A DNA stretch of 64,000 nt from Paragordius varius. Taxonomy: Eukaryota; Animalia; Nematomorpha. The DNA is taken from assembly GCA_964247055.1 (NCBI GenBank), contig OZ176053.1, positions 8,742,001 through 8,806,000 of the forward strand, written 5' to 3'. Every line of letters starts with the position of its first letter. The first letter of the stretch is position 1. Of the stretch, positions 39,101-59,955 are shown in pieces. Below the pieces are notes generated by a model. That model saw only the letters and a program-made list of their open reading frames with translations. It did no database searches and had not been told where the DNA came from. The translations under genes were made by a program, and so were the position numbers.

Positions 39101-40826
39101 TTGAATCTCTTCAGGGTGGTTTTCCAATTAATGTTCGAGCACTAATATTTATTTTTATATAGCTTAAATATCAATTTGTGAATTTTTATAACTTTACTAC
39201 ACAACTATTACAACAAAAGCTCAAAAATCTCTGTTAGAAATGTTGCCTTTTGGAAGCATCTGTGAACCTTTTCTATTCACCAATTCCTTTTGTACAAAAT
39301 TTGCTTTTCACCCTATGATATAATTAGTATTTTTAATGTATAGGCCATGAAGTGTTTAACACACACTGATAATATAGATGCGGTTATTAAGCTTGCGCGA
39401 ACCATTCGTTCCCCCAAATGTTATGTGATTGCTGGTGAGGCTTTACAAAAACTACTTTATACTTTGCAAGAACATGGTGTGGATGTCAGTGGAGGGGATG
39501 TTCAATACAAATACTTGGAAAAAGAATTGATGGATTACTATGAAAAAGCTCAAGCTTACATTCCAATCATCACATATTTTGAGAATAAAGCACAGGTTTA
39601 TAACTAAGATTTTTACCACTCTTTGATATTCTATTTATAATTTTGTCATAATTAATATAAATAAAAATAGATGTGCATCAAAATCAATCAAAATTATAGC
39701 CAGGCCCTTGGTATACTAAACGAATCAGCCTTGCCATACATTGATCGTATAAGAGAAGATTATTTTGACATATATAATGTAAATAAGGGTAATGAGATAC
39801 CGAGAGGCATGAAAATACAAGATTTTTTTGCAAAGCGTCTTAAAATGGAAATCGATATGATTCGTAACTACCTGCTAGCTAAAAAGTATTATTTATTATG
39901 CCTTGTATATATTTTTTTTTAATTCAATGTTCAAAAAATTTAATTTTAAATTTATGGGTATCATATAAAAACCTATAACAACATCTTTTGCTTTGAATTT
40001 TACTGATTATATCCGATTTCGGATCCAATGATTTTTGATAAAGGAATCAGTAGATCGTCCCGTTACTTTTACCGAAATACTCTTTTTTAATCCAATGTTA
40101 TAAATGGATGCAAAATGCGCAAACATATAAGCCACAATATCGCATTTTTTTTTCCTAAATCTCTAAAAAATATTAAATAAGAAAATTAACATTGTATTAA
40201 TTGTACGATAGCACGTTTATAAATAAATCTTCTGAAAGTGTCACACCGATATTCCGATAAATGGTTTGGAACGATTATTTTTTGAATCTAAAACTGTTTA
40301 GAAAAAAAGATCATGAGATTGGTTCCTATAAATTACTGTTATTAAATTCAAACTATGTACTAAAGGGCATTACTGAGTCATTATAATTAGAATTTTACAA
40401 AATTTATTATTTGTGCAAGTTTATTGCAATAAATTTCTAATTCATTTTTACTTTGTTTTTGACACAGATTTTTAGCGGAACATAATAGTAAGGAGGCACA
40501 AAAATTGATAAAAGGTTTGATTTCACAAAATGAGGATGATTTTTATGACCCTGGTATCAAATGCCATCTCAAAATAAATTCCGAAGATTTGTACCTGCTC
40601 AATACGCAATGTTTGGTTAAAGCTGGGATTGGATTGAGGTATAATGTTGTTGTATCTATCTATTTTAAAATATTTTTTATGAAGTTCGCTTTTCATATTA
40701 TTATATTTTTAGGCAAAAAAAACATGGAAAGAAGTGAAACGTATTTGCCTTGAAAAACAGATAGATATAAAATTATATTCCAACAAATTTCAGCCTATTG
40801 TACTCAATAAATTAAATGATGAATAA
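30816..40826 (+). CDS. IFT140: Intraflagellar transport protein 140 (IFT-A), highly divergent; many exons, 3' end approximate
   Basis: WD40-like N-terminal segments (LLFVGTRNGNIY, YVSTDK-TCIVQWEI, ILAIRTHQGYVLIW, IVNVRWD). The TPR half carries LLIRWIAQYAE...ALKCYEKIGDHLSLVKMYCRMGQLEKAVELAQKHGDKSTFFYLGQTYE...AIQFF, closely paralleling recalled human IFT140 LWRWWAQYLE...ALHYYELARDHFSLVRIHC..GN.QKA. Not all exon boundaries were resolved. Confidence 0.8.
31910..32160. mobile_element. MITE-like element with about 33-bp TIRs in an IFT140 intron
   Basis: TAAAAATTTAAATTATAAAGACAAAACGTAAA at the left end; reverse complement with 2 mismatches at the right end. Confidence 0.7.
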
Positions 40827-41499
40827 CTTATATATTAATACATTAACGTTCAATTGTTCGGTATATGTTTAATGAATATTCAATCATTGATTTTTTCGCG
40901 AAATATTTAATTTATATTTAGATTTTAGAATATCCGCTATACACCGTTGATATTTCATTTATATATGCAACCTTAGTTTTGCTCTGTTAACTCGCTTTAC
41001 TCCACTAATTTGTTCTTAAACACTTCTTACTTTTTTTATTTCTACTTTTTTCTAATTTTAAACAAATTTTACCCAAAAAATTTCAGTTAAATATAATTTA
41101 AAGTAGTTTATAGGCTATTTCCGTTTCTCTGTTTTTCGTCAAACGTATTCATGATTGTTTTTATTATTTAAAAATCTATTATTAATATTTAAATACTATT
41201 TCACTTAGTACATCAGTTTAGCCCCATTTTGTGCTTTATTAAAAGTCTCCGAAAATCGTATCTTATAGACTTTCGGAAAACTAGTAAGCCTATTCAAATT
41301 ATTATTGCAATTATAATTCAGCTAAAATTAAATGAATTTATTAGGGTGAATTATCGATTACTACAAGTAATCTTTGTCAAACGTAAAAATAAATTAAAAT
41401 TTAAACTAAAGATCTAAATATAATTTAAAAAATATTTAATGAGAAATGAAACTATAAAAACATGTGTGTGTTATTAAAAAACAAGTTTGTAATGTTATT

Positions 41500-42420
41500 G
41501 TTTAGATCTTTCTTTCTGTTCATTATATTTTGTTATTTGTTTATATAAAAACTTTCCAAAATTCTTTTTGTTCTATTTTCTTCTTTATCGACAACTTCGG
41601 CAGCCCAGTTTATTTTATTTTGCATTTCGAGGCATGATGTGTCAAAGCCGAACATTTGTTTTACTCTTGTTAACTGCCGTTTTTCATGTTCTTTTATCCT
41701 GACATCTAGTCCTCTTTTTGTTTGTCCAATGTATACACTGTCGCAGTCTTGACATTTGATTTTATATATTACACATTGAGAACTAGGATTCTTTTTCTGT
41801 GAATTTAATAATTTATAGATATTAATTAATCTTTTAAATATTATTGTGTATTTCTCTTTAAGTATTTCTTTGATTTGGTGACTTAAAGATTCATATAATG
41901 GTATTACAATTCTCTTTTTAATGTTATCATTATCATTGTAAATTTTTTTAGGTTTTGAGTTTAATATTTTGTTGATGGTGTTAGTGATTAAAAGTGGGTA
42001 ATTATTTTCCAATAATTTTTTTACTATTTCTGATGTTTGTGAAGTCTTTTCCTTATACTGTTAGGAATTAGTAATGATCGACGTAGTAAACTATACACAA
42101 GAGAGTTAAAACAATTATCAGGGTGGTGTGAATTAGAGTTTAATATATTTATATCTGATTTGAACACTTACAGTATGCATTTTAATGTATAAGTAATTTT
42201 ATTGCCAGAATAACATAAATGGTTTATCAAATGCGTAAAATACTGATCCACAAAATTATTTCGTGGTAATATGAAAGAGGATTGATGTGAGAATTAACAT
42301 AGGCTTTTATTTGATGGATATTTTGTAATGTTAAATTTTGAGAATATTATAGCAACTTATGTTAACATTTGAAATATTGTTGTTAAGTATTTAGATGCGG
42401 AATTTTGTGGGTTTTTATTT
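41500..42420 (-). mobile_element. Penelope-like element remnant (RT thumb + GIY-YIG endonuclease), degraded
   Basis: CVIYKIKCQDCDSVYIGQTKRGLDVRIKEH is the PLE GIY-YIG motif. Upstream fragments NSNSHHP...SLVYSLLRRS and ENNYP correspond to the PLE RT C-terminus and carry stops/frameshifts. Confidence 0.9.
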
Positions 42421-42559
42421 TTAATAATTTAATAAATAGTAAAATGTGTATTTTGAGATTATTTATGAAAATTCATAAATTCAATAATTAATATTTTTCA
42501 ACATTATAAATACCTGTATTCGAAATTGGTATTATTATTTCATATAGTTGTTATTAATT

Positions 42560-43200
42560 AAAAAAACACAGGTAAATATATACTGTGAAAATTTAAGTAG
42601 ATTTTAGATTGTTTTGTTTTTATTTTTTCATTGTCAATTTTTAAGTATTCAGGCATTTTAATCGGGTAAAAATTGTGGTTTTTAGTAAAACCAGAAAAAA
42701 TAGTTTTTTTTTGTTTTTTTTATTTTACACTGTTAATTGTAATTTACTACATATTTTGGACATTTTAATAAATTCAGGTAAAAATTGCGGTTTTTCATAA
42801 ATTAAGTCAAATTGTTAATTGTAATTAATTACTACATATTTGGGAATTTTAATAATTACAGGTGAAAATGGCGGTTTTTAACAAATTTCAAATTTAACAT
42901 TTTTTGTATTTTGTATCATTGTTATTTGTTATTAATTACCAAATATTTTGGACATAAAAAACAGGCGAAAATTGCGATTTTTAATAAACTAGTACATTTT
43001 TTAATTTTTTGTTTAACCTTGCTAATTTATTAATTACTATATATTTTTGATACATTGATATATACAGGTTAAAATTACTATGATTTGCGGTTTTTTTATT
43101 TTTTAGGAAAAATATTTTTTTTGTTTTACATTGATAACTAATATATTAAATATAGTTAACATATCTGAGTATACAGGTAAAAATGCATGTTACGGTTTTA
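42560..43200. repeat. Degenerate tandem array, about 7 units of roughly 85-110 bp
   Basis: Core CAGGTAAAAATTGCGGTTTT-like motif at 42569, 42663, 42775, 42859, 42962, 43065 and 43174, usually preceded by TAATTACTACATATTTTGG-like sequence. Confidence 0.8.
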
Positions 43201-44399
43201 GGTTTGACATTTTATTTTCCAAATCCAACTTTGTATATACAAACACCTCATGTCACCAAAGATTGAAAATAAGATTAAGATATATAAAACATCTTTTAAA
43301 GTATCTGAATATCGCCAAATATAAACAAATTTAAAATTATAAATGTATAATTATACAAAATATTCATAATATTATGTTTGAAATTAGCATTCTTCTTATT
43401 GATATTAATACAGGTAATTTGTTTCTAATATTGATATTGCGGTGGGCGTTCATGGTGATTATATCTTAGATTGAAGAATATCATGAATGCCAAAAAATAA
43501 TTAAATGCAGATAATCCTGAAAATTTCAATCACCATCATTTTATGGGTAGATTCTATCAACTAAAAAATAAAGAAAGGTATTTATTAATATATTGGAAAA
43601 TTGATACCTGGATTCTAGAAGTATTTTCAGCAATTTTAAATATTGGGGGCTAAAACATTCAAAGTTTGAAAGGGCACTAAATAAGGTAAACTTGGCTTGT
43701 TAACAACTAAATTTACAAAAAAATTTCTTCATGATAAAAAATTTAAAAATGATTCTTTATGTTTTTGCGTTTTCGTTCTACCATCCTAAACAATAAATAT
43801 GAAAAGGATTATATGATTTCACCAATGACCAAATAGAAAATAGAACATAAATATTTTTTTCAATGAATGCAACAGCACTCTAAAAACTAAGCAGGCAACA
43901 CTAACATTGTTTGCTTTGGTGAGGAATAGTTTTTCATATTACTATTCTAAAAAGAAATCGAAATACAGCCAATAACACGGAAAGTTATGCATATTAGGAT
44001 ATTAAACGCAAAAAGATTAGATAACTTTATTGATAATAGGATAAATGACTTAAGTTATACAAGGTCCCAAACTATTGTCAACAAATTTTATTGATGTATG
44101 CTAGATCTAAATTTAAAATACGGCTTGAATCGATTCTTTATGGAGTCATCGTTTAAAATAAAATAAGTATGGGTGTCACCCACTCAATGCACATAAAAAT
44201 GATGAAAGATAATTGTTAAAAATTAGCAAGTGAAAACTTAGGAGTCATTAAAAAATATTTACACTTTTCTGCGGTGCTCCATATCAAAAAATAACAAAAA
44301 TAGTGCACATTATGGCTAAATAAATTTGGAGAAAGCTAAATGGTATTCCAAAATGTTATTAAAATATTTAACATAATCAATTTAAAAACAATATTAATA

Positions 44400-46020
44400 T
44401 TAAATTTAAAATTTTGGACGTAGGCTCCAAAAGTTGCAAAATTTTGGCTTCTCACACACTTGACCTTTTCACTTTTTTGTCATAGCTAACATATTATAGT
44501 ATTATACCCCACTCAGTTTTATGAAATACTGTTCTGAAAGTTATTTTAGGTAAAATTTAATTACCAAACATTGTTCTCATGTATTCATAAAAAAGCTAAT
44601 ATTTTGTCACAGTTTTGTGATTTCTATAGTCTAAAATTGGGACAGCTCTAAAACCCGATCGAAACGAACAACTGATACTAAAATCAAAATAAGATCAAGT
44701 TTTTGCTTGTAAAATATAGCCTTAAAGCTTTTGAAAGTTAATTCATATTTTATACGCATAATATATTCTCATGGCGTTTTGCATTAGCGATTTAAAAAAA
44801 TTAAAGAAAAAAATGGCGGCGAATAAGTTTGAGTTAAGGATTTTTTATTTTAAATATTTATACCTTTACTTCTAAGATATATTCAAACTCTATGATAAAA
44901 CTAGCCCAAAAGATCATGCAGTGTTAAAACGGTATGGTTTTCTTAAAAATTTTCAATGAAAAGATTGCGCATAACAATTTTATATAAAGAATATTAAATC
45001 TAAAAAGAATTTTTGAAAAGCGGAATTGATGGTATTTGGCTTGGTGGAAACGGTATATTTTACGATAATGAAAACATTTTTTATCTATAATTCTGTTAAT
45101 TTCTTCATTTGCAGGTCGTCTTATTTAGATAAATACTGTGTTATTTGCTCAAATTTGAAAGCAAACCATACTTTTAAAATTTTTAATGATAGATGTTTTC
45201 AGTACAAAAAATTGTAAAAAGTTTTTTACTAAATTTATTTCAAATATCTAGTAGCTACAATATTTTGCTATAATTTAATTTTTTCGAATATATACCTTTT
45301 TGATGGCATATTATAGCATATGTTGAAAAATATTATGGCCCGATTTCGGCATTTTAGCTTTTTTAAGAAGTATCCCATTTAAGATGGGACCGAAAATTTA
45401 TTTATATTAGAGCATAAGTCTTTATTCGGATTATTATAATATAGTCTTGGCGTTTAAATGAAGTTTATATAACATATTAATAAATTTTGAAATAAAGAAT
45501 TAATTTTTAGCAAAAAGTTGAATTATTATAATGTGCAACTTTCTTACGTCCTTTGTAAGCTCTAAAGCTTAAAGCCGCATGGGAATACATTTTTCCATCT
45601 CTTCCTGCGCGATTAAATATTTTACTTTAAAGGTTTAGTCCGAATTTAAAGTATAATTTCTATAACCTTGTAGGGTCATAATACAAAACTTAAATACAAA
45701 ATTAGAATAAACCCATCTCAAACCGCCACCATTATTTTTCCTTTAAATTTTTTTGATTCGCTACAATAAGCATATAAATTGGCTAGAAAATGTAAATAAT
45801 TAACTTAATTAAGCTTTGACTGCATTTTAAAAGTAAAAAATATATTAATTTAAAATCAACTGTTTTAAAGCTACCAACCAAATTATAAAAACATAGGCTT
45901 CATTTATTATTTAATACAGAGAATGGCTGATATTTAAATTTTTGACTTCAGTAACTTGTATAGCTTTTTAAAAAATTGACTAGGATAAACCACCACAATA
46001 TGTGGTAGCGCACAAAAAAT
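44400..46020. mobile_element. Long-armed palindromic (foldback/MITE-like) element, copy A; boundaries approximate
   Basis: The arm at about 44400-44870 and the arm at about 45716-46020 are diverged inverted copies. The same family recurs at about 58555-59050 and 61780-62730. Confidence 0.55.
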
Positions 46021-46274
46021 AAAAGGTGATGAATTGTTAAAATATATCAGGATATTTGTTATATCTCCGAATTTTTTGCACAGCGCTAGCGATAACTCAA
46101 CAATTGAATATTAAAAACTACAAGTTAAAATACTAAACTACAATTAAAATTTGTTTTATAACCGAATGATATATTTTTTATAAAATTATATTGTATCCAG
46201 GTAAAATTACATACAATATTGCCATATCACAACCAGCCAGTTTGTCACAACTCATTTACCCTTATGGTGTTTAA

Positions 46275-55385
<9,111 letters not shown>

Positions 55386-55910
55386 CACACAAACTTTTCC
55401 ATAAAAGCACTTTATACCTTATATTAATAGTTTTGCCAAATTTTACCCTTTATATGAAATAGTATGGTGCAAAAATCATGACATATATATATATATGTCA
55501 TTACATCATTTTTCATTCTTCTAATAGAGACTCTTTTTATTTCATACAGTGTTAATCAACAGTCAATATATTCAATTAATACCTGTGATTTTGTTTTTAA
55601 GTATTTTAATTGACATTTTAAAACCAACCAATATTATGATTAGTGATTTGACTTTACTGTAAAATATAAATTGATAATAGCAATATTTCTTTTGAAATTA
55701 TATAATTTATTTTAACCGATCATTCTATAGACGTGTATGAATAACATGCAATAGTATACATATATTTTATGATCAATAAAAATATATATTAACTTTTACA
55801 TTTTTTCTTAACCAGTATCATATATCAGATTTCTTTATTGAAATGTCTAAGTTATACAATATCAATAAGCTTCTATGACCCTATGTAATTATCATTTGGC
55901 TATACAGTGC

Positions 55911-56330
55911 CTAAACAAATCGTTTTGATTTTTTGGATGCTGGATGTATGAATTTCACATTCCTTTCACCATGTAAGGAGATGTGGCTAAATGGTCGATA
56001 TCTTTTGTCTGTTGATGACTGTTTGCTTTTTGTGGGTTCAGGCGTTGTTAATGACGTTTCTCTCTCATCGTAACTCGAAGTGTTTGGCGGAGAGGTTTCT
56101 GACGATTCGGTCGTAAGGCTTTTAGAAGTTGTCGTTTGATTTTTCGGTGAGGAACCGGGTTCTTGGCTTGTTGTGTCTTTGTTAGTGCTATTACTGCTAC
56201 GGTTATCGGATTTGTTGAGGAAGGATGATTCTGGAGATTGCATACTATTATTACTTGTGGTGCTACTTTCGGGTATTGTCTTGTTAGATCTATGATCTCC
56301 TTTAATTTTAACCTTTTTACTTTGATCCAT
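55911..56330 (-). CDS. Orphan Ser/Thr-rich ORF (139 aa), possibly the terminal exon of an unidentified gene
   Basis: GC-richer open stretch with low-complexity S/T composition and a basic C-terminus. No family recognised. Confidence 0.45.
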   Translation of the reverse strand: MDQSKKVKIKGDHRSNKTIPESSTTSNNSMQSPESSFLNKSDNRSSNSTNKDTTSQEPGSSPKNQTTTSKSLTTESSETSPPNTSSYDERETSLTTPEPTKSKQSSTDKRYRPFSHISLHGERNVKFIHPASKKSKRFV

Positions 56331-56575
56331 ACGTTTCCTAATGGCATATAGTTTAAATAGTATATAACAAGTGTAGATTTATGTTGATATGCCACTGCCA
56401 CATTAAAAATCATTGAAGCTTAAATAAACTAATGATAATTTTAAGATGAAATGATATGATATCCGAATCTTCTTAATCAGCCTCTATCATTGTTTTAAAA
56501 ATATCTACCATTTACATTATGCATAAATTTAAACATTATTTAATAATTAAGTACGTAAGACTTAAACATTTATAT

Positions 56576-56869
56576 CAGTGGTATCCAACACGCGGCCCTG
56601 GTCCTTCAAGGCATTATTTGCGGTCCAAAAATTTGGAAATCCATTAATTGCAAAAATATGCTTACAAAATCTTAGTAAAATTGATATTACATAAACAAAT
56701 TATTATAAGTCTTTTTGATTGTCAACGAACCATAAAAAATTGTTACAATGTGTTTGCATTATACAGTCATATATTTTAATAGATATTTATTAATGCCATT
56801 CAAAATGAAACTGCCGAAATTTTTGAGTTAAAAATGCGGCCCGGAAGCCATATGTATTGGACACTACTG
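56576..56869. mobile_element. hAT-type MITE (about 294 bp)
   Basis: TIRs CAGTGGTATCCAA / CAGTAGTGTCCAA (reverse complement) with GCGGCCC subterminal motifs. No convincing TSD. Confidence 0.65.
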
Positions 56870-57610
56870 TAAACGATAAATTGTATAAAAATCGAGTGTC
56901 TATAAAAATAACGAAAAATTGGTGAAACCACGAAATATCACACGCTTAAATAGAATACAATGAACTGGACTTATCGTTGTTTCAACTCGCTAAACTATTA
57001 TATACATACGCATTTAAACTTCTCTACCTAAGATCATTTTCTAAATTTAAGCTCTTGCCACTACGTACATCAGTAATGATTGCGAAAAAGTCTAACTGGA
57101 AATAACCCAATTAACAAAAAAAATATATTATTTTGGTAAATTTAATATCATAGGCGACAATACTCTTATCAACCAATGATTTATTAACTAACGACCACAG
57201 AAATTATTAAATATCGCATAACCCAAAACTATTAAAAGCCAACACCCTTTTCAAAGTCCAAAAGAAGCGTATTTATGAATTTTTGTAATATTATTTAATA
57301 GATGTCTACTACAAAAATCTTTAACATGGTCAACATGCTAGCAAACTAAAAAAAGGAAATAAATAAATTATGACTACAGCTCGTAAAACAGTTTTATAAC
57401 TATTATTTAACTTTTGGTTCAACCCCGTTTAAATTGTTTAAGGCCCACTTACTTTTAAATAATAAAAAATTATTTTACCTTTTTTGTTGTGATAATTTGT
57501 TGTTGTTCTATAGAAATAGAAATAAATTTATATAAAATTTATATTATAACAAATATTTTTTTAGTTTAGCTGTTGACATTTTTATAATTTAGATAATGTA
57601 CATGATAAGG

Positions 57611-58006
57611 TTAAAGGTCTTTTTTCCATTTCGTATATAAAAACGAGTTTTTTACGCTAAAAACATAATAAATTAGAACCTGTTTTAATGGATAAAATTT
57701 CTTTATCGCAAAATAAGATATTAACGATATGAATGCAATCAAAATTCCGATTATTGATATAATAAAGATAGTTATTAGATGAGACTTTAGTTTGTCGTTG
57801 GTTTTATATGTTTGAATCGGGGTGTGTTTTTTACGAATGTTTGAAGTACGATTAGTTAATGATTCTGAACGAATATTAGATTCAAATGGACCTATAATAA
57901 AATTTTCTTCGCTAAAAACTAAGACGAATCCAATTGAAAGGCCAATCAATGTTAAGGAGATACCGAGAGAACCAATAATTATATAATAATAGTTTGTATG
58001 CTGCAT
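57611..58006 (-). CDS. Orphan small membrane protein ORF (two hydrophobic segments)
   Basis: ATG-initiated 131-codon ORF with IIIGSLGISLTLIGLSIGFVLVF and LITIFIISIIGILIAFISLISYFAI flanking a polar loop. Possible donor at CAG|GTTCTA. Confidence 0.5.
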   Translation of the reverse strand: MQHTNYYYIIIGSLGISLTLIGLSIGFVLVFSEENFIIGPFESNIRSESLTNRTSNIRKKHTPIQTYKTNDKLKSHLITIFIISIIGILIAFISLISYFAIKKFYPLKQVLIYYVFSVKNSFLYTKWKKDL

Positions 58007-58263
58007 TTTAGATGGTAAATTTTAGAACAACCGATTTCCATTTTGTAAATTGTAGCAAATTTTTTTATTCTAATATTTAACGTTTCTTGAATAAATTATT
58101 ATAAAATCAAATTACACATATATATTTAAATGTCATATAATTTATTAAAAACAAAATACGATTCATGATTTGACATATATTCCGGGTAAAGCCATTGTAT
58201 AACTGATTAATACATTTAAATAAATAAATAAATTAATAATTTCATAACTGCAAAATTGTATAA

Positions 58264-59919
58264 TTAATTTATATATGTGTTTCTAATGTAATCCATGGCC
58301 AGCGTTTTAAGTTTACGCTGGGCCAAAAGTCTCTTCACCAATTTCTCAAATAAAACTTCATTCCGTTCAATGTAACGACGAGCATCATCCTCTATGCTAA
58401 CAAAATTGGTTGGATCCGTATTATCTAAATGAATTTCCCTAGAAAGGACAGGATTTAACCGATAATAGTAATTGTATGGCAATAAATCGGAAAGTGTGGC
58501 GTGAACCGCTAAAAGAAATATAAAAAATGTTAAATATCACCTATTTTGATAAAACTTTAGGGTAATTAATCTTATTACCATTGGGGTAGTTTTATCAGAG
58601 CGATTGAAATTTGATAATCTTAAAAGGTATTTAAGCTATTAAGCCGAATTTAAAAATATGCTTTCTATATCCTATTAGGCGCATTATACAAAAAAATATT
58701 TTTGCAATTAAAAAATCCTCAGCTCAAACTTTTTTGCAGCTATTTTTTTTCTATAAACTTTTTAAATCGCTAATGCAATAGGCAAATAAATGTATATTAT
58801 AGTTTAAAAATGTAAATAATTAACTTTGAAAAGCTTTCAATTTACCAACAAAAACTTGATATATTTTGATTTTAATATCAGCTGTTCGTATCGTGTTTTG
58901 GGGCAGTCTAAATTTTAGACTCGATCACAAAAGTGTAAAAAATATAAGCATTTTTATACATGAAAACAATGTTTGATAATTAAATTTTGGCTAAAAAACT
59001 TCCAAAGATGTAGCTTATTTATAGAAATTGAGCTTAGCTAGGACAAAAAAAGGATAATAAAGTGTTAAAAGAAAATTATCCGTTAAACATTTATAGACAA
59101 AGAATCAAATTGAAAAATTGATATTTGGTTATCACTTTCAGTATCTGATAATAGTTGCATCATTTTTCCAAATTTAACTTTTAAACTTGAGTAATCAGTC
59201 AGCGGAAGGGGTTTTTCGTATAGTTTGTGTCGACCATTGCCTAAAAACAATAAAATATTAGATTGTAAATAAAATATTCTAATTTATTTTTTAAAATAGT
59301 ATAGGTTAAATATTTGAATATGATAATTTATGAAAAATAAAAATGATATGTGTATAACCTAAGGATAAAACGCATTGCAGTTTTTCGTTGGGCCAAAGCC
59401 ATTTACTTTCATGAATGGCGATTGCAGTAGGATTGTTTATTAAAATTCCACCATCCTAGTATTATATATTTTAGTAAAATACTCAATTATATGAACGGAA
59501 AAATGTTCAAATTATGTTCCATTATACTTTTAAGAATAACAATAGAATAAACAAGACCGGAGTCATTTTTTGATTGTTACACATAATTTTTTTAAAAAAA
59601 GATTCAAACCAAAGTTTACTTCCCATTCTTTTGGTGGCTCTGGGATTTCGACTTTCTCTTTAAACTTATTTATTACTTCGATTAGATACGAATGTAAATA
59701 GAAAACCTAAAAGTTAATATAAATTTATTTAGCCTACTTATTCTAAAAATCTAGAAAACTATAGTTTAGATAAAAAAAGATTATGAAAAAATTTTGAACA
59801 CATATTAAAAGCCATTTTAAACTTTTTTCCTCTGCAAAATAGTTTAAACTTTAAATATATAAATATAACGTTGAATACAATTATAGTCTATCAAGCTTAT
59901 ATTTGTCATATATATAACA

Positions 59920-59955
<36 letters not shown>

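Noticed and set aside
42560-43200. Repeat-spacer pattern superficially like a CRISPR array
   Set aside because: Eukaryotic context, no cas genes, degenerate repeats, and spacers that resemble each other and vary from about 84 to 112 bp per unit.
56048-56413. Second overlapping reading frame as an independent overprinted gene
   Set aside because: No recognisable family, and codon bias of the S/T-rich frame can leave another frame open. It is mentioned only within the orphan finding.
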